Assembly (NCBI GenBank): GCA_951406725.2
Contig: OX597819.1
Span: 7,254,001-7,318,000, forward strand
Source of the DNA: Octopus vulgaris
Taxonomy: Eukaryota
Reading direction: 5' to 3'
Length of the DNA stretch: 64,000 bases
The translations under genes were made by a program, and so were the position numbers. The notes beneath the pieces were generated by a model that ran no database searches, was not told where the DNA came from, and saw only the letters and a list, made by a program, of their open reading frames with translations. How positions within the stretch are numbered: the stretch's first letter is position 1; every line of letters starts with the position of its first letter. Positions 27,578 to 45,086 of the stretch are shown piece by piece.

Positions 27578-27607
27578 ATGGCTGGTCTACCAAGAAGGAT
27601 TATCAAG
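27578..27607 (+). CDS. UBE2N: UBE2N/Ubc13 ubiquitin-conjugating enzyme E2 N, coding exon 1 (MAGLPRRIIK)
   Basis: ATG GCT GGT CTA CCA AGA AGG ATT ATC AAG followed by donor GTAAGA at 27608; peptide matches the vertebrate UBE2N N-terminus; phase-0 intron after K10. Confidence 0.95.
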
Positions 27608-28181
27608 GTAAGATACACAACTGGCGACTCTGTTGCTATTTACTCCTCAAAACACCCACAAATGAGGTCATTTCTTATTCAGAGTCTCAAATAATTATTC
27701 ATCCCCAGACGTGACCCCCTCAACTTATAAATTATTTCCTCACTTTGTCCCTTTTTTCCTCTTTACCAATGGACATGTCATGAGGCAGGGGTCGTTTTAT
27801 TGTTTGTTATTTTTCGTTAAACATTCCCCACAAGAATCTACCCTTACCCTTATCCCTCTCTCTCTCTCTCTCCTTCCTCAAACATACTTAAATCACCCCC
27901 CCCCCCCAAATCCTTCAGAACATTTTTGGAAAAGTTTCTGAATCGTATATTTTCAGGCCTTTACTGCATTATTCGAGTCCTTATAATGTAAATTGCTCGA
28001 CTGCAGATGCCGGGAAAAGCGATGTGAAGACGGCTTTGGCTGTCTTTGCCATCTTTGTTCTCGTCATTCTGTCGAGAACATCGTTCGGCAACTCTTTCTC
28101 TTTTTCCCTTCTTTCACTTCTTTCCTTCTTCCAACACACAAATTATTTGACAAATTTAAAGACAAAAGACAAAAGCTACCG

Positions 28182-28212
<31 letters not shown>

Positions 28213-28328
28213 GCTGGTATATATATATATATATAATGCTGGTGTATATATATTTATAATGCTTTGTAAATCGTTCTAAACCTTTTACACCGATTAATTA
28301 TTAAACGTTTAGATCAACCGTAACGCGC

Positions 28329-32399
<4,071 letters not shown>

Positions 32400-32492
32400 T
32401 TAATTAAGGGTAGAAATTGATATTAGTCAATTAAAACCAGTGGTCTAGCATATTAAAAAGAATCCGAAGATTAAAATATTTATATAGACCAA

Positions 32493-32633
32493 TTAAGGAC
32501 TGAACACGAAAAGTGGACTGTCAACGTGCTAGATATAGATGTCAAATCGCCATTCTCCACTCTTTGTGGAGAATGGCGATTTGACGTCTATATCTAGCAT
32601 ATTGACTGTCCACTTTTCGTGTTCAGTCCTTAA
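32493..32633. mobile_element. Palindromic MITE with TTAA ends (Kolobok-like GG...CC termini)
   Basis: 68-bp arms 32493-32560 and 32566-32633, 5-nt loop, 4 differences between arms. Confidence 0.7.
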
Positions 32634-32736
<103 letters not shown>

Positions 32737-32782
32737 TAACCGAAGAGATGGTGTTGTGGATTTCCACTTCGGCATCTGAAAC

Positions 32783-32818
<36 letters not shown>

Positions 32819-35729
32819 TTACGTATACTTGCCGCTCCTTTATGTATGTATGTATAAATAACGTGTACACATATGTTTGCACGCATAAAATGCGTATATA
32901 CTGTAGAATATTAAAGCAAGAAAATGACAATTTATAATGTTGAAAGTTTCACCACGTCATTGTGTTTTATACACACTGTTCTATATATATTCATGGTTAT
33001 ATAATGTACAATACTGGAACTTGTGTATTGGCAACTTCATTGATAGAATATTTCTGTATATACGCATATTTAAAGTTTCATATTGTTATATATTTTTGCT
33101 TCCTTGTTGATCAGTGCGTGAGATTATGTAAATAACAAAATGAAAGAACAACTCCCTGAATCTCTCTTATTTTCGACCTGGTAGAATTTGCTAATTTTAT
33201 CTCGAATGACATAAACCCCCTTTACTGACGACCTATGTTACTAGTATACTTTTTTGACCAGAATCTGCTCAGTCAAAATGACGATTAGTAGTACACCTTT
33301 AATCAGAATCTGCTCAAAGTTGACTTGAGGTTAAAGAAGGAAAAACTGACTGATAAGAATTAATCCAAGGGGAAAATACTGGATAAGAGCTTTCTAAGAA
33401 ATGTTCCAAGCACCCAGGAACGGTTTCCGGTTAATTTAATTTGGGAAGGGAGGTTGGACAATTTTTATTTTTGGAAAAATTAATGTACCGGAATTATATG
33501 AATTGTTTCATAAGGATCATATTTTTACTGTAATGTGCCAACATATTTTATATTTCTTAAATGTGGAGTTCAGTTTAACTCGAGTTGAACTTCATATTTC
33601 CTTCTAAGAATTAAGTACCGGTAATATTACTAATGTCGATTTAGTTGACGATACACCCTCCCCTTTCTGTATAAAATTGGCCATATATTATAATTGGAAT
33701 ATGTCCTGTGCGAAAATTGACAAAAATCTGTAAGAAAATTGTGTTTTGCCACTTTTTTCTTTATTGAAACCTCTTTTAATAATATAAATATTTTGTCAAT
33801 TTTAAAGAACCTGCGATTCCAAGAAAGCTACATCATTGTCTCCTACACATACACACAATTCTGTGAAAGATGTTTCATACAGCAAATAAAGATGGGTTGC
33901 CTAATTAACTAAATGGTTCTTTAACGCTAAATCTCTTTAGTATTTTCGTTGAAAATTAATTGCGATGTATGTATTTAATATATATATTGGTTCATATTGA
34001 AAAAAAAAAACAGTTTTCGTTGACAGATGGATACGTGTGAAATATTTATCTCGTTCGTTATTCATTCGATTTGTCTATGGAATTTCACCAGTAACATTAT
34101 CTTGATTGTTAATTTTCTTTATTGTAGCGGTTTAAGTGTCCACTTTGGGCATTACTCAAATTATTAAACACCGTTGTTCCCCCCAACATGAACTCAAAGC
34201 CATTATGATACATATACACCCTTACACATTTAGTTCACTTGGTCTGAATTAGATGTCTTTATTTCACTTTCTCATAATTGAGATTTTGATTCCGTAAACC
34301 GGAGCTTTTAACCTTACTCATTCAAATGAATTTCCGTTGGTGTTAAGTATTTTTCTAGGATCTTACAAACAATGTTCGTTTGTAGATCTTTTCAGACTTT
34401 TTCAAAATTCTTTTCTGACATTTTTTTAAACTGTAATTCTCCTGTTAACATGTGATTAGTAGTTACTTACACTGTTACTATCTTTATCAGAACACTCTTA
34501 TATACAGAATAATAACAACTTCTGTGCCTAAATATTATAGTTGGAGGAGGCTTCTGGCTAGTCGATTGACTTGCTAGAAGTAGTTGCAATGTGGCTAGAC
34601 TTAAATATCTGTAAATGGAATCAGCCGCATACCAGCTTAGTCGAAGTTGACTTTTGCTTAAATAACAATCGTCATACTGTGTGTTGTGTGATTACATATA
34701 TTGACGAGGAGTGTTTTTTTTCTAGATTCAATAGAAGGAGAATGTATCGCTCTATCTGTTCTATAGTTGTGAAGAAGAAATAAAAAATCTGTTTTTTTTA
34801 AAGCTACACCAGTTCTCAAATAAGCTGAGGTGTGATTTTGCAGTTAAAATAATTTTCTGTCCCGAGGTAAACGAACGAAAAATGATTGTTCATAGTTTGA
34901 TAATATAGCCTTTATGTATCAGAAATCAATATAATCGAGAAAACATTAAGATTTTCAAGAAACTTGTTGCTGTTTCAGATGTTTGATCCCTAATGGCGGT
35001 AAATCATATTTCATAGGTAAACACAAAGAGATAATAATACTTAGTATCTTGTCTGGATACATATATAGCCAAAACAGCTTTTAGTCGTTGGTAATTATAT
35101 CGAAATTATAGTTTAAGAATAAAACTGTTTTCAGTTCAAGTTATAGTACTTAGTTGCTATAGTTACAAGTAGTAGGAGGAGAAGATTTTTATTTGAAAGA
35201 CTATGTAAGTGAATATGTTTCTTGTGAGGGATGGTTTTGCTATGGTCATTAAACTCTCTGTTTATTGAGTCATAGAAAGGGACATGTTTCTTATATATTT
35301 ATGAAGTTGGGGTTAATTATGAGCAGTTTAGATTCCTAGATAAAACTGAACATGAATATGTGACTAGAAAATGGAAAATATTCTTTTGTTTATAATTAGG
35401 GTATTCTGGATTTGATCATTGTTTTTAATACATATGTAATTTAAACTTGTGAAAAGATTCAGCTTTTGATATCATTTGGTATTTCTTCCATCTCAGTCCG
35501 TTGTGATAGAGTTCATTCTATCCACAGTTTCGTAAAAAGAATTAGATATAATACAGCTTTGAAATTATTCTTTGTTGAAGATTGCAGACTATTCGATGCT
35601 ACATTTATTTATTTTTCCTTTCGTCTCATGTTTTTTTTTTTAATGAGCTCTTCCATGATTATCTCGAAGCAAATTGATGAATTTTGTAATCCGCTTATTA
35701 AGCAAGGCGCTGATTGTCCAATAATAATA

Positions 35730-35881
35730 TATTTCTTTACTACCCACAAGGGGCTAAACACATAGGGGACAAACAAGGACAGACAGACGGATTAAGTCGA
35801 TTACATCGACCCCAGTGCGTAACTGGTACTTAATTTATCGACCCCGAAAGGATGAAAGGCAAAGTCGACCTCGGCGGAATT
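35730..35881 (-). mobile_element. SINE family D, 5'-truncated
   Basis: Reverse complement of the family D 3' part. Confidence 0.85.
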
Positions 35882-36092
35882 AATAATCTGGCAAGAAGCA
35901 TTAGATGATGGCAGGCAATATTTCGTTACCGAGTTCAAATCTTGCCTATGTCGTTTTTGGTTATTATTCTTCCGGGCTCGGTAAATAAGTACAAGTCTGG
36001 TTACAGAAGTTTGTTTAATCGATATTTATGTCTCGCCATAAATTGTATGATCTTCTGTCTGTTAGGAAGTGTTTTTTAAGTTGTGTCTGTGC

Positions 36093-36542
36093 TTAAAAAA
36101 CAATTATTAAGGTGACAGGAGCAAAAGTTAACCCCAGACAAATCAGTTTTGCAGCTTGGCGCACTGAGAGGCGGCCGCCAGTTAGATGTGATGGGGGTCC
36201 TGGGGCCGACCGACTGATACGGCTAATTGGGAATTGGTGCGAAATTACGAGAGGGTAAACACTTTCACCTAGAAACGGTTTGAGAGGCATTTATCCCTGC
36301 AAGGTCGATCAGAGGTACCGAACGCTTATATGGGCTTCCATCTTATATGCTGCCATCTGACCGTCTTGTCGCTTCACCATACTGAATCTTAGCCGTGCGT
36401 TCATCTGGTCAGGCAGTCCCCCCATCGCGGGCATGTTGTTGATGATATGCAGAAATGTACTGTGAGACACATTTCCTCCCCATAGCTTATCGTTTTTTCT
36501 TTTTAACGGAACTGCTGTCCTATGTTCGGGGGGGAAGACCAA
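36093..36542 (-). pseudogene. Decayed coding-like remnant, possibly LINE ORF1/gag-like
   Basis: ORFs 36309-36542 and 36093-36290 share one frame, separated by TGA and TAA; GC-richer than the flanks; weak resemblance to a decayed zinc-knuckle region. Confidence 0.35.
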
Positions 36543-37730
36543 AAACTGGGTGGGCGTTTGACATCTGGAATGTTATCAAGCGCTCGCAACCTCTCTATCA
36601 ATCGAATAATGGAGCTAGTTAGTACAACCTCCAAGGACTAGTGGTAAAGATGAAGAAGGAGGTACTACCCCATCCCTTTACTTTGTAGGTTTGTAGAATG
36701 GTGGGGATGTTTCGCTTGAATGGGCCTAGCTAAGGCATTAACAAATAAGGCATTAACAAAATACCCATAGTATTGATTGGCTCTGGGAAGCTATTTTTTC
36801 TGGGTCTATTCTGTGTACAGTATGTTTCTCTCTCTCTTACCTGAATACTGTACCAACATTCTAATCTGCTCCCATAATGTTCCCTCGTCCTTCGCCGTAA
36901 AAGACGGTTTGTTTTCTAATAAATCAAAATACGTTTAGTTTTAGTCTAGTTCCAAACTCTGATTGGGTCTGGGGGGAAGTGATACGGCGGGAACGTTTCG
37001 ATATTGTTCCCGCCGTATACATCCCATTTTTCTCTCTATCATTCCAGATGTCTTCTTTCCTCTTTGTGTAAGAGGAGTGGGGTAGATGAAAGATTTGGCT
37101 ACTGTGTCCTGTAATTGCGTAGTTTTCCTCTGTCGGTTCATGAAATTTAGTTTATCGTGTCTCGCTACTTCATTTCATATGCGAGAAATATATATAGCTT
37201 CAATGAATTTGGTTTAATCTCTGATCGGTGGACTTAGGAATCACAACCTCATGGGGAAAAGGACACGGAATTATTATTAGGTGGTTTTTCCCAACAGTGA
37301 AACAATTTTTCTTCAAAATTTTATTTTACATTTCTCCCTCACTGCAATTCGGGTAAATTTTTACTATCACACCCGTCTCGTGAGATGGGTGTAATATTAA
37401 GAAAATACCCTTCTGTTTGAATCTACAGCACTCGTCAGCGGAATTTTGCTCTTTAGTCGTACAATAGCATTGAATTCTATTATAGACTTGGATAATTATT
37501 TCCCCAAATGATGGAAATGCGTATTTTATAATTATTTCTTGAAAAATTTGAGGTTAAAAAGATGTTCACAAGTTCTCAGTTAATTATAATAATTAGATTG
37601 TATTTTCCTCCCTTTTGTTGTTTTTGTCAGTGTATCTAGTGGAGAAAAGCTTACCAGTTCTATCAGTAGTGTGCATAGCAACCTGATTTTTTTCTTAGGT
37701 TGTTGGTCGTTATATATATGTATGTATATA

Positions 37731-37952
37731 TACAAAATAAGAAAATGGAGAAATACATCCAACTCAAATATCAATTACCAGATAATACCCAATCACATAC
37801 TTTATTAAACCACCACAAGAAACTTTAAGGTCTATATTATTATGTTTGACCTTAAAGTTTCTTATGTGGTGGTTTTAATAAAGTATGTGATTGGGTATTA
37901 TCTGGTAATCGATATTTGATTTGGATGTATTTCTCCATTTTCTTAATTTGTA
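37731..37952. repeat. Long near-perfect inverted repeat (~102-bp arms, 15-nt loop)
   Basis: 37731-37832 versus 37848-37952. Confidence 0.88.
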
Positions 37953-40900
37953 TTATGAATTTGTGGTAAAACATTTTACCTTTGCCCATATAATACAGTA
38001 AATGAATTAATTGCATCGCAATTCTTAACATTTATGTATTAACTTTGTTGGGTACTTCACTAGCAGTATATTGGATATATGTTATCCCATGTAGGGTTGC
38101 ATTTACAACCCCTATCTCAATTTGTATATATATATGTGTGTGTGTGTGTGTTAAAACACTTATACTCTACTAATAATGATACCCTGAGATAGTTTGTGTT
38201 GTGTACTTGGGCAAATAAGTTTAAATTATTTGATGTTTCATTTGCTAATTTTGTCGAAATGGTCTTCTTGTCCGTCTCTCTAAACCTTTTCTTTCTCACA
38301 TATACATATTTGATGTCGTTCAAGCGGAACCTCCTGCGAAAGGTTACATGAACTTAAAGAATTTAATAATACAGATCGTGGCGTCGTAGAAATTAAATGT
38401 TCGTGGAAAATATTTTATTGATAATGTGTTTAACTTTTACTAGTTTCAGTAAAAATCAATGTCTTTGAAATCCTACAGGATTTTTTACCTTTTACATTAG
38501 GATCTACCTGTTCTGACTCTTGAAATATTCTATTACACAGAGGTTACTTCCGCTATGTAGAGGGGAGATAACTGAGTTAGTAGCCAGGTGACCTGTTGTG
38601 AGGTGTGTGACACGAGTTAATTAGGTTTTTGGCTGAGGCTGACTCGCATGTACCCCGTCGTTAATATTTTCTTTGTATTTGAAGCATCATATTATTTCAG
38701 GACACCAGTAATATGTTTTGGGAAATTTATAAATCTGTTATAACAATATATATATGACACCAATGATATCATTATGAAGTTAAAACGTTCGTATTAAATA
38801 AAATAAAATAATAATAATAATAATAAAAACACTACCTATAGAAAGCGAGTAATTACGTATGTATCTACAGGCCTTCAAAATCTAGTTTTTAGTCTAAGGT
38901 TAACTCTGACCGGGAGGAATTTTGATCAAAACCATTCCAGCCATGATCATCTTGCCTTTTTAGGGTATCTTAAGACTACACTATCTAATGGCCTGTTTTC
39001 ATAAAAGACGGTGAAGGTGTAAGTTGAGAAAGATATGGCTACTGTTTCTAGCACGACGAGTGACCACGTAGATTGTTCACTCATTTTACACCTAGTTTAG
39101 AATGACTTTATTCAAATTTGCAAATATCTTCAAATGCTCTTTCATTATCAGAAGAAATATCCATCATGTGAAGTCCTCTTTTTATTTGTGATTAAAGCCC
39201 TTCAGAATTCACTGAAATTCATTTAATTAGTGTATTCATTAATTGATCGCATAACGCTACAGCAAAATTTGCTCTTGGTTTTAAAGTGATTTCAGATATT
39301 AGCATATATTATATTGTGATTGAATGCTTAGAGTATGTTTATCTTGCATTAACGTTTTGTATCATTGGTATATTCGTGATATTTGGAGGTGTATAATTCC
39401 TGGTTCAAACCCTTTCCCCTTGTTATGTTTTTAAATAAGGTAACAATTTTCAATTTTCTTTATAGTAATTTTTATATGTAACCAAACTGTAATGATATTG
39501 TTAGTATCTAAGCTTATTATGCACTTAGAAAGCACTTGTCGGTTTTCATTTTGTGAACATATCCAAGTCGTGTCTGAATAGAATTGCTGGAGAGAGTAGT
39601 GGATAGGGTATTCTGAGTAATTTAAATTACTTTTGTAGAAAGTAATGGTTATTTAGAATGTGATCATTGTTTTTCTGTGGTCAGAGTTCATAGTTTCAGA
39701 GAATTTTGTTCACAAGCCAGTGAAAATTTGTGCAAATAAGGAAGTGCTGAATAGATCGCTATCATCATCATCATCATACATCTCCTTTTCTATTTTGTTG
39801 TTGTTTGGACAGGTCTCATCTTGCTCCTTTGTCACCTGGCATACAATAACAGGGAGGAAAATGGTTGTCTTTAAGGCATCGTGGATTGAGTGCATTCATC
39901 ATCATCATTATCATCGTTTAACGTCCGTTTTCCGCGCTAGCATGGGTTGGACGGTCCGACCGGGGTCTGAGAAGCCAGGTGCTGCACCAGGCTCCAGTCT
40001 GATCTGGCAGAGTTTCTACAGCTGGATGCCCTTCCTAACGCCAACCACTCCGCAAGTGTAGTGGGTGCTTTTTACGTGCCACCTGCACAGGTGCCCTTTT
40101 TTCAGTTTGAGATACTGAGGTGGAATAGAAATAAACATTTTGTTGAAAGAGGTAGTGGAATATAACATAGCAAAGTCTCATGTATTGACTGTACTGTGAC
40201 TACCTATCCAATGACTAATAGTTTGCTCTAATTAAAAGAAAGTAAGTTTTTTTTTCTTGCATAATGATTCTCTTAAAATGTAGTTGTGTATTGTCAGTTA
40301 TGTCTTGAGGGAATTATGTAAAAAGAGTTTATAAGAAGTGGTTTAATGAAGAACTCTAAACTACAGTATTTGTAATTCTGAGCACAAAGTTAATGTCTAA
40401 TGTCACTCATAGATTGCTGTAATTGTGGACCAGACTGTGAGGATCTTGATCAATTCATAGGCATTAATTTGCACACTGCAAGCAATTTTAGCCTTTATGA
40501 AGACAAGAAAATAAAAAACAATTCAAAGACAACAGATGCAATGTGAAGGTTAGTTACATTCATCAACAAAACTGTTACTATTTGCAGTGTTGAATCCTGT
40601 TGCATTAAGTAAGGTTCATGGAAGCTGTAAAAAGTCATAAATTGAAGCATTTTCATTGTCTTCAGATAAGGTACACAATGTTTATGGTAGTCAGCTTGTC
40701 TGAAATGGGTAACCATTTCTAGATTTGTTTTCATGTTATCTAGTTACAAGCATACTTGCTCCATTAATTTCAGTTAATTATGCCATTTAGTAAACACAAA
40801 TATGTGAAGAAAATTGGATGCTTAATTATCGAATCTATTATTTCTAGTAGCTCAGAAGAAATTTGTTTTTAGCATGGATTATATTACATTTTCTAGTATC

Positions 40901-43079
40901 TTCTATCTTCAATAACTTGTAGGAGGACTTGAGTTCAATATTGATACAAGGTTACACACACACACACACACACACGCTGATGATCATTTCTTTTCCATGC
41001 TGTTTATGGTTGTGAACTGTCTGCCTTTTAAAGACACAATTCTGCATTCATTATAAAATCTGAAAATATTCAATTTCGACTGGAAGACCAAATCAAGTTC
41101 AGCTTACTCATTAATATTTAACGAAATTTTAGTACGCAAGGAATATAAATTTGTAGCTTTGAAGCAGAAAAAGTATGTTAAAAATAACTATTTAACACAA
41201 AAATATGCTCTATCTCTTTCCTCTCATATACATCTCCTTGCAGCTGCACACCTGTTTCTGATTTCATTCTTGATCTCCCTCTTTTACTCTCCAGGTGGGT
41301 AACATTGTACCTCTTCTACTGCAAGACACCTGTTTCTGTTTCTCTCTGTCTCACTATAATCTTTCATCACCTGACACAAGGTCACCTCCTCCAGTGCCCC
41401 CTTGCCTTGCAAATAATTTTTGTCTTGCAAGTTACTTGGTGACCCTGTCAGTGCAGGTGCCACAATCCACTCTGTAAAGTGGTTGGTGTTCAGAAGGGCA
41501 TCCAGCTGTAAAAACCTTGCCAAAACTTGCCTCGCCTTTGCTTGTTTAAGCACATAAAAAGTCCATTTTACTGAGTTGTTGGTGTTAGGAAGAGCATCCA
41601 GCTGTAAAAATCCTGCAAAAACAGTTACAGAAGTCTGGTGTAGGCTCTTGCTTGGCCAGCTCCTGGCAAACCATCCCACCCATGGCAACATAGAAGGTGG
41701 ATGTTAAATGATGATGATGATATATATATATACACACACACATGGATACTAAATGATGATATATATTGGTTTCAGTTCTGCAAGAATTACACTTTTTGGG
41801 GTTGTTTTTATACTTAACCAATTCTCAATGATTGTTAAAATTTAAACTCTTTTGGATGAAAAATTCTCTTCAGAAATTCTCTTCAGAGGTTTATATTTTG
41901 GTACATAGTTTCACATCTTCTTTTCTGTGTTTTGAATGGACTCATGTTTTTCTTTCTTCTTTAGCCAACAATATTATTGCAGTCATTTTTACTCACTGAA
42001 TTCTGAGATAATTCTCTTGAACTGATATTGTTTGTTTGTTGTAGTGCTCCCTCTCTTAGATTTTCTGAAACCTGAGTTACTAGTCAGTTGTATTAGTCTG
42101 TATGAGCTGTATCTTACATAATTTGATTGCAGCAAGTATCTCTTGTGATTTTATCAATATTCGGAGAAAATGATTTTTTTTATTCTTCATTAGTCATCAC
42201 AATTGCATTTTCTGCTTCTCTAAAGTAATCTTTTATAGTTGTCTGTCATGACTCACACCTTGACTGCACCTATATCCTGCCCAAATGAAAATTGCTGCCA
42301 TACCAGTCATTGAGGTCACATAGTTGCATGACTTTAGTCACTATAAAGATAACTTACTGCAGTTACCTGCTTACAGAAGCATTTTTGCATAGCCTTTTTC
42401 TCAAAGCTTGATTGGTCTGAAAAGCTAAGTGTGGATAATGGTTTGTGTAAGGGGTTTTGACCATGTATGAAGTAGAGAAAAGGGTCAGGACAAGCAGAGA
42501 ACTTAAGAATTTTAGTGTATAGACGAGTGTTCCCTAAAAGTCTTTGCATTCTCTTCATTCTAACCTTTGCTTTTATTGGAATTGTGCTAATGTCATTACA
42601 AATTCTGTTGGAAAACTGCAAAAATTTTAGATTTTGAAGTGTTTGAAGACTCACAAGATCAAACTATGTTGGTAGTGCATACGAAGAACCCTCATATCTG
42701 AGAGATGGTTTCACTTTGAATACCCAAAGGAAGCAAATATTAGGTGCACAGAGTGTAAGGTATTCTTTGGCATTTTGTCAGAAAGCATAAAGGTGGCAAG
42801 CTGGCAGAATCGTTAGTATGTTGGGCAAAATGCTTGGCAGTATTTCGTCTTTGTTTTGGGTTCAAATTCTGCCAAGGTTGATTTACCTTACTGCCTTTCA
42901 GGGTTGATAAAATAAGTACCAATTGAGTACTGGGGTTGATGTAAAAATTGCTCCCCCAAAACTACTGGCCTTGTGCCAAAAATTTGAAACCAATTTGACA
43001 GAAAGCAAGTATTAAGTGTATTTGATTCTCTGAGAGTTGCAGTGTTACAAATGCTATCTCCAGAATAAAATATTTAGAC

Positions 43080-43535
43080 ATAAGGTTTGAAAGAAATGAA
43101 GCCAGTATTCTCCAATGGATGGGTAATGTTAGTGTGCATATACAACAGTATAAGTGATTTGAGAAAAAAATACTGGGTATATGAGACATCAGATGTAGTG
43201 TGCAAGAGAGAAGACTGAGCTGGTATGGTCATGTAATGCATATGAATGAGGACAGTTGCATCAAGAAGTGCTGATCTTTAAGTGTAGAGAGAACATGTGG
43301 AAAAGGTAGACCCAGAAAGACGGACAAAGGGGTGAGAAACGATCTACAGATGTTGGGACTCACAGAGGGAATGACAAGAGACTGAAATAAATGCCATGTA
43401 AACACACCTGTGCTGGTGCTGCGTAACAGCACCCAGTACGCTCTGTAGAGTGGTTGGTGTTAGGGAGGGCATCCAATTGTAGAAGCCATGCTAAAACAGA
43501 CATGAAGCCTGAGTGGCTGGACATTAAATGATAAT
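43080..43535 (+). mobile_element. Decayed RTE LINE 3' fragment
   Basis: RFERNEASILQWMGNVSV...RRLSWYGHVM-like reading with stops; ends in a GAT-like tail. Confidence 0.75.
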
Positions 43536-43909
43536 GAATGAATAAATGGAAATTCGCAGTTTAAGTTCTTATTACTATACCTTTTCAGGTACGAATTGAA
43601 ACAACCTCAGAGCAAATTAAATAATAGATATTTAGATAAAACATAGTAGTATTTATGTTTTGAATTGAGCTTAGATTGATTTGATTTGAATTCCTTTCAT
43701 CATTTGATTTGGGTTACAATGCTGTGCTTACTTAAGGATTATGAAAGTCAGTCTCAAAGCAGTGACGTTTGGTATTTCTACAGGAAAATAAATAGGATTC
43801 ATTGAAGATGTTTGCATTTGAAACTCGTTTCTGTACCCTCTGCCTTGGCATAAGAAAACTGAGAATCCATTACTGCTGTACGGCACTCTGGAGGTGTTTG
43901 TGATAGTTA

Positions 43910-44128
43910 TTAACCCTTTTGTTACTAAACCAGCTCTGGCTCCATGGTAAAATGTCCCGCTTTCATAAGTTTTGAATTAAAATCTTCCACCAACCCTTAG
44001 TCACAATTTATGTTCCTAACACTAGCTGAATGATAACTAAGTTATTTTACTAAATTCTTTGTTTATATTTAAAGTAATTGAAAGAAACACAGAGCATCTC
44101 AAAATAAATACAGTAATGAAAGGGTTAA
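43910..44128. mobile_element. piggyBac-type MITE (TTAA CCCTTT...AAAGGG TTAA)
   Basis: TTAA flanks and short TIRs; an inverted copy lies at 58343-58748 and a decayed relative at ~395-625. Confidence 0.8.
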
Positions 44129-44429
44129 ACAAATGTCCATAGTTAACAAGTTTTGCAAACATTTACTTTCAACATATTGGGAACCCCCTCCTGTTATTGA
44201 TGATGGATCTGCAGTTTCTTGCAAAACAACCTGTAGAGATGATTTGTTTATAGTGATCAAATGTTTTTACAGTACAGCTGCACAGCGTGCCGCCACATGT
44301 CAGATGTCAAAGTGATTGCGGAGCAAAGTGAAATCAAAACCATGATTTCGTGATCATGAATGTAACACAATGACTAAGCCCTGTACTTAAACTTTCAACA
44401 TATGTATATGACAACATATATGTCATCTT

Positions 44430-44662
44430 AAGGTGGCGAGCTGGCAGAAACGTTAGCATGCCAGGCGAAATGCGTAGCCGTATTTCGTCTGTCGTTACGT
44501 TCTGAGTTCAAATTCTGCCGAGGTCGACTTTGCCTTTCATCCTTTCGGGGTTGATAAATTAAGTACCAGTTACACACTGGAGTCGATGTAATCGACTTAA
44601 TCCCTTTGTCTGTCCTTGTTTGTCCCCTCTGTGTTTAGCCCCTTGTGGGTAGTAAAGAAATA
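44430..44662 (+). mobile_element. SINE family D
   Basis: Full-length copy. Confidence 0.9.
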
Positions 44663-44845
44663 AATATTAAAAGAATTTATTACTTGATGGGATTATTTAA
44701 TTCTAAAATGGCAGTGAGCTAGCAGAATCATTAACATTCCAGGCAAAATGCTTAGCAGCATTTTGTCTACTTTAATGTTCTAGGTTCAAATTTCGCCAAG
44801 GTCAACTTTGAATTTCATTCTTTTGGGGTCAATAAAATAAGTACC

Positions 44846-45086
44846 TATTTCTTTACTACCCACAAGGGGCTAAATACAGAGGGAACAAACAAGGACAGAC
44901 AAACGGATTAAGTCGATTATATCGACCCCAGTGCGTAACTGGTACTTATTTAATCGACCCCGAAAGGATGAAAGGCAAAGTCGACCTCGGCGGAATTTGA
45001 ACTCAGAACGTAACGGCAGACGAAATACGGCTACGCATTTCGCCCAGCGTGCTAACGGTTCTGCCAGCTTGCTGCCTTGTTAAAAT
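44846..45086 (-). mobile_element. SINE family D nested in an older + strand relative (~44706-45170)
   Basis: TSD ATAAGTACC at 44837-44845 and 45087-45095; host sequence resumes after the insertion. Confidence 0.88.

Noticed and set aside
33700-34420. Possible second, very old mariner remnant on the minus strand
   Set aside because: Only faint motif echoes (PTEIH, VTGE) and no clear TIRs; not supportable by eye.
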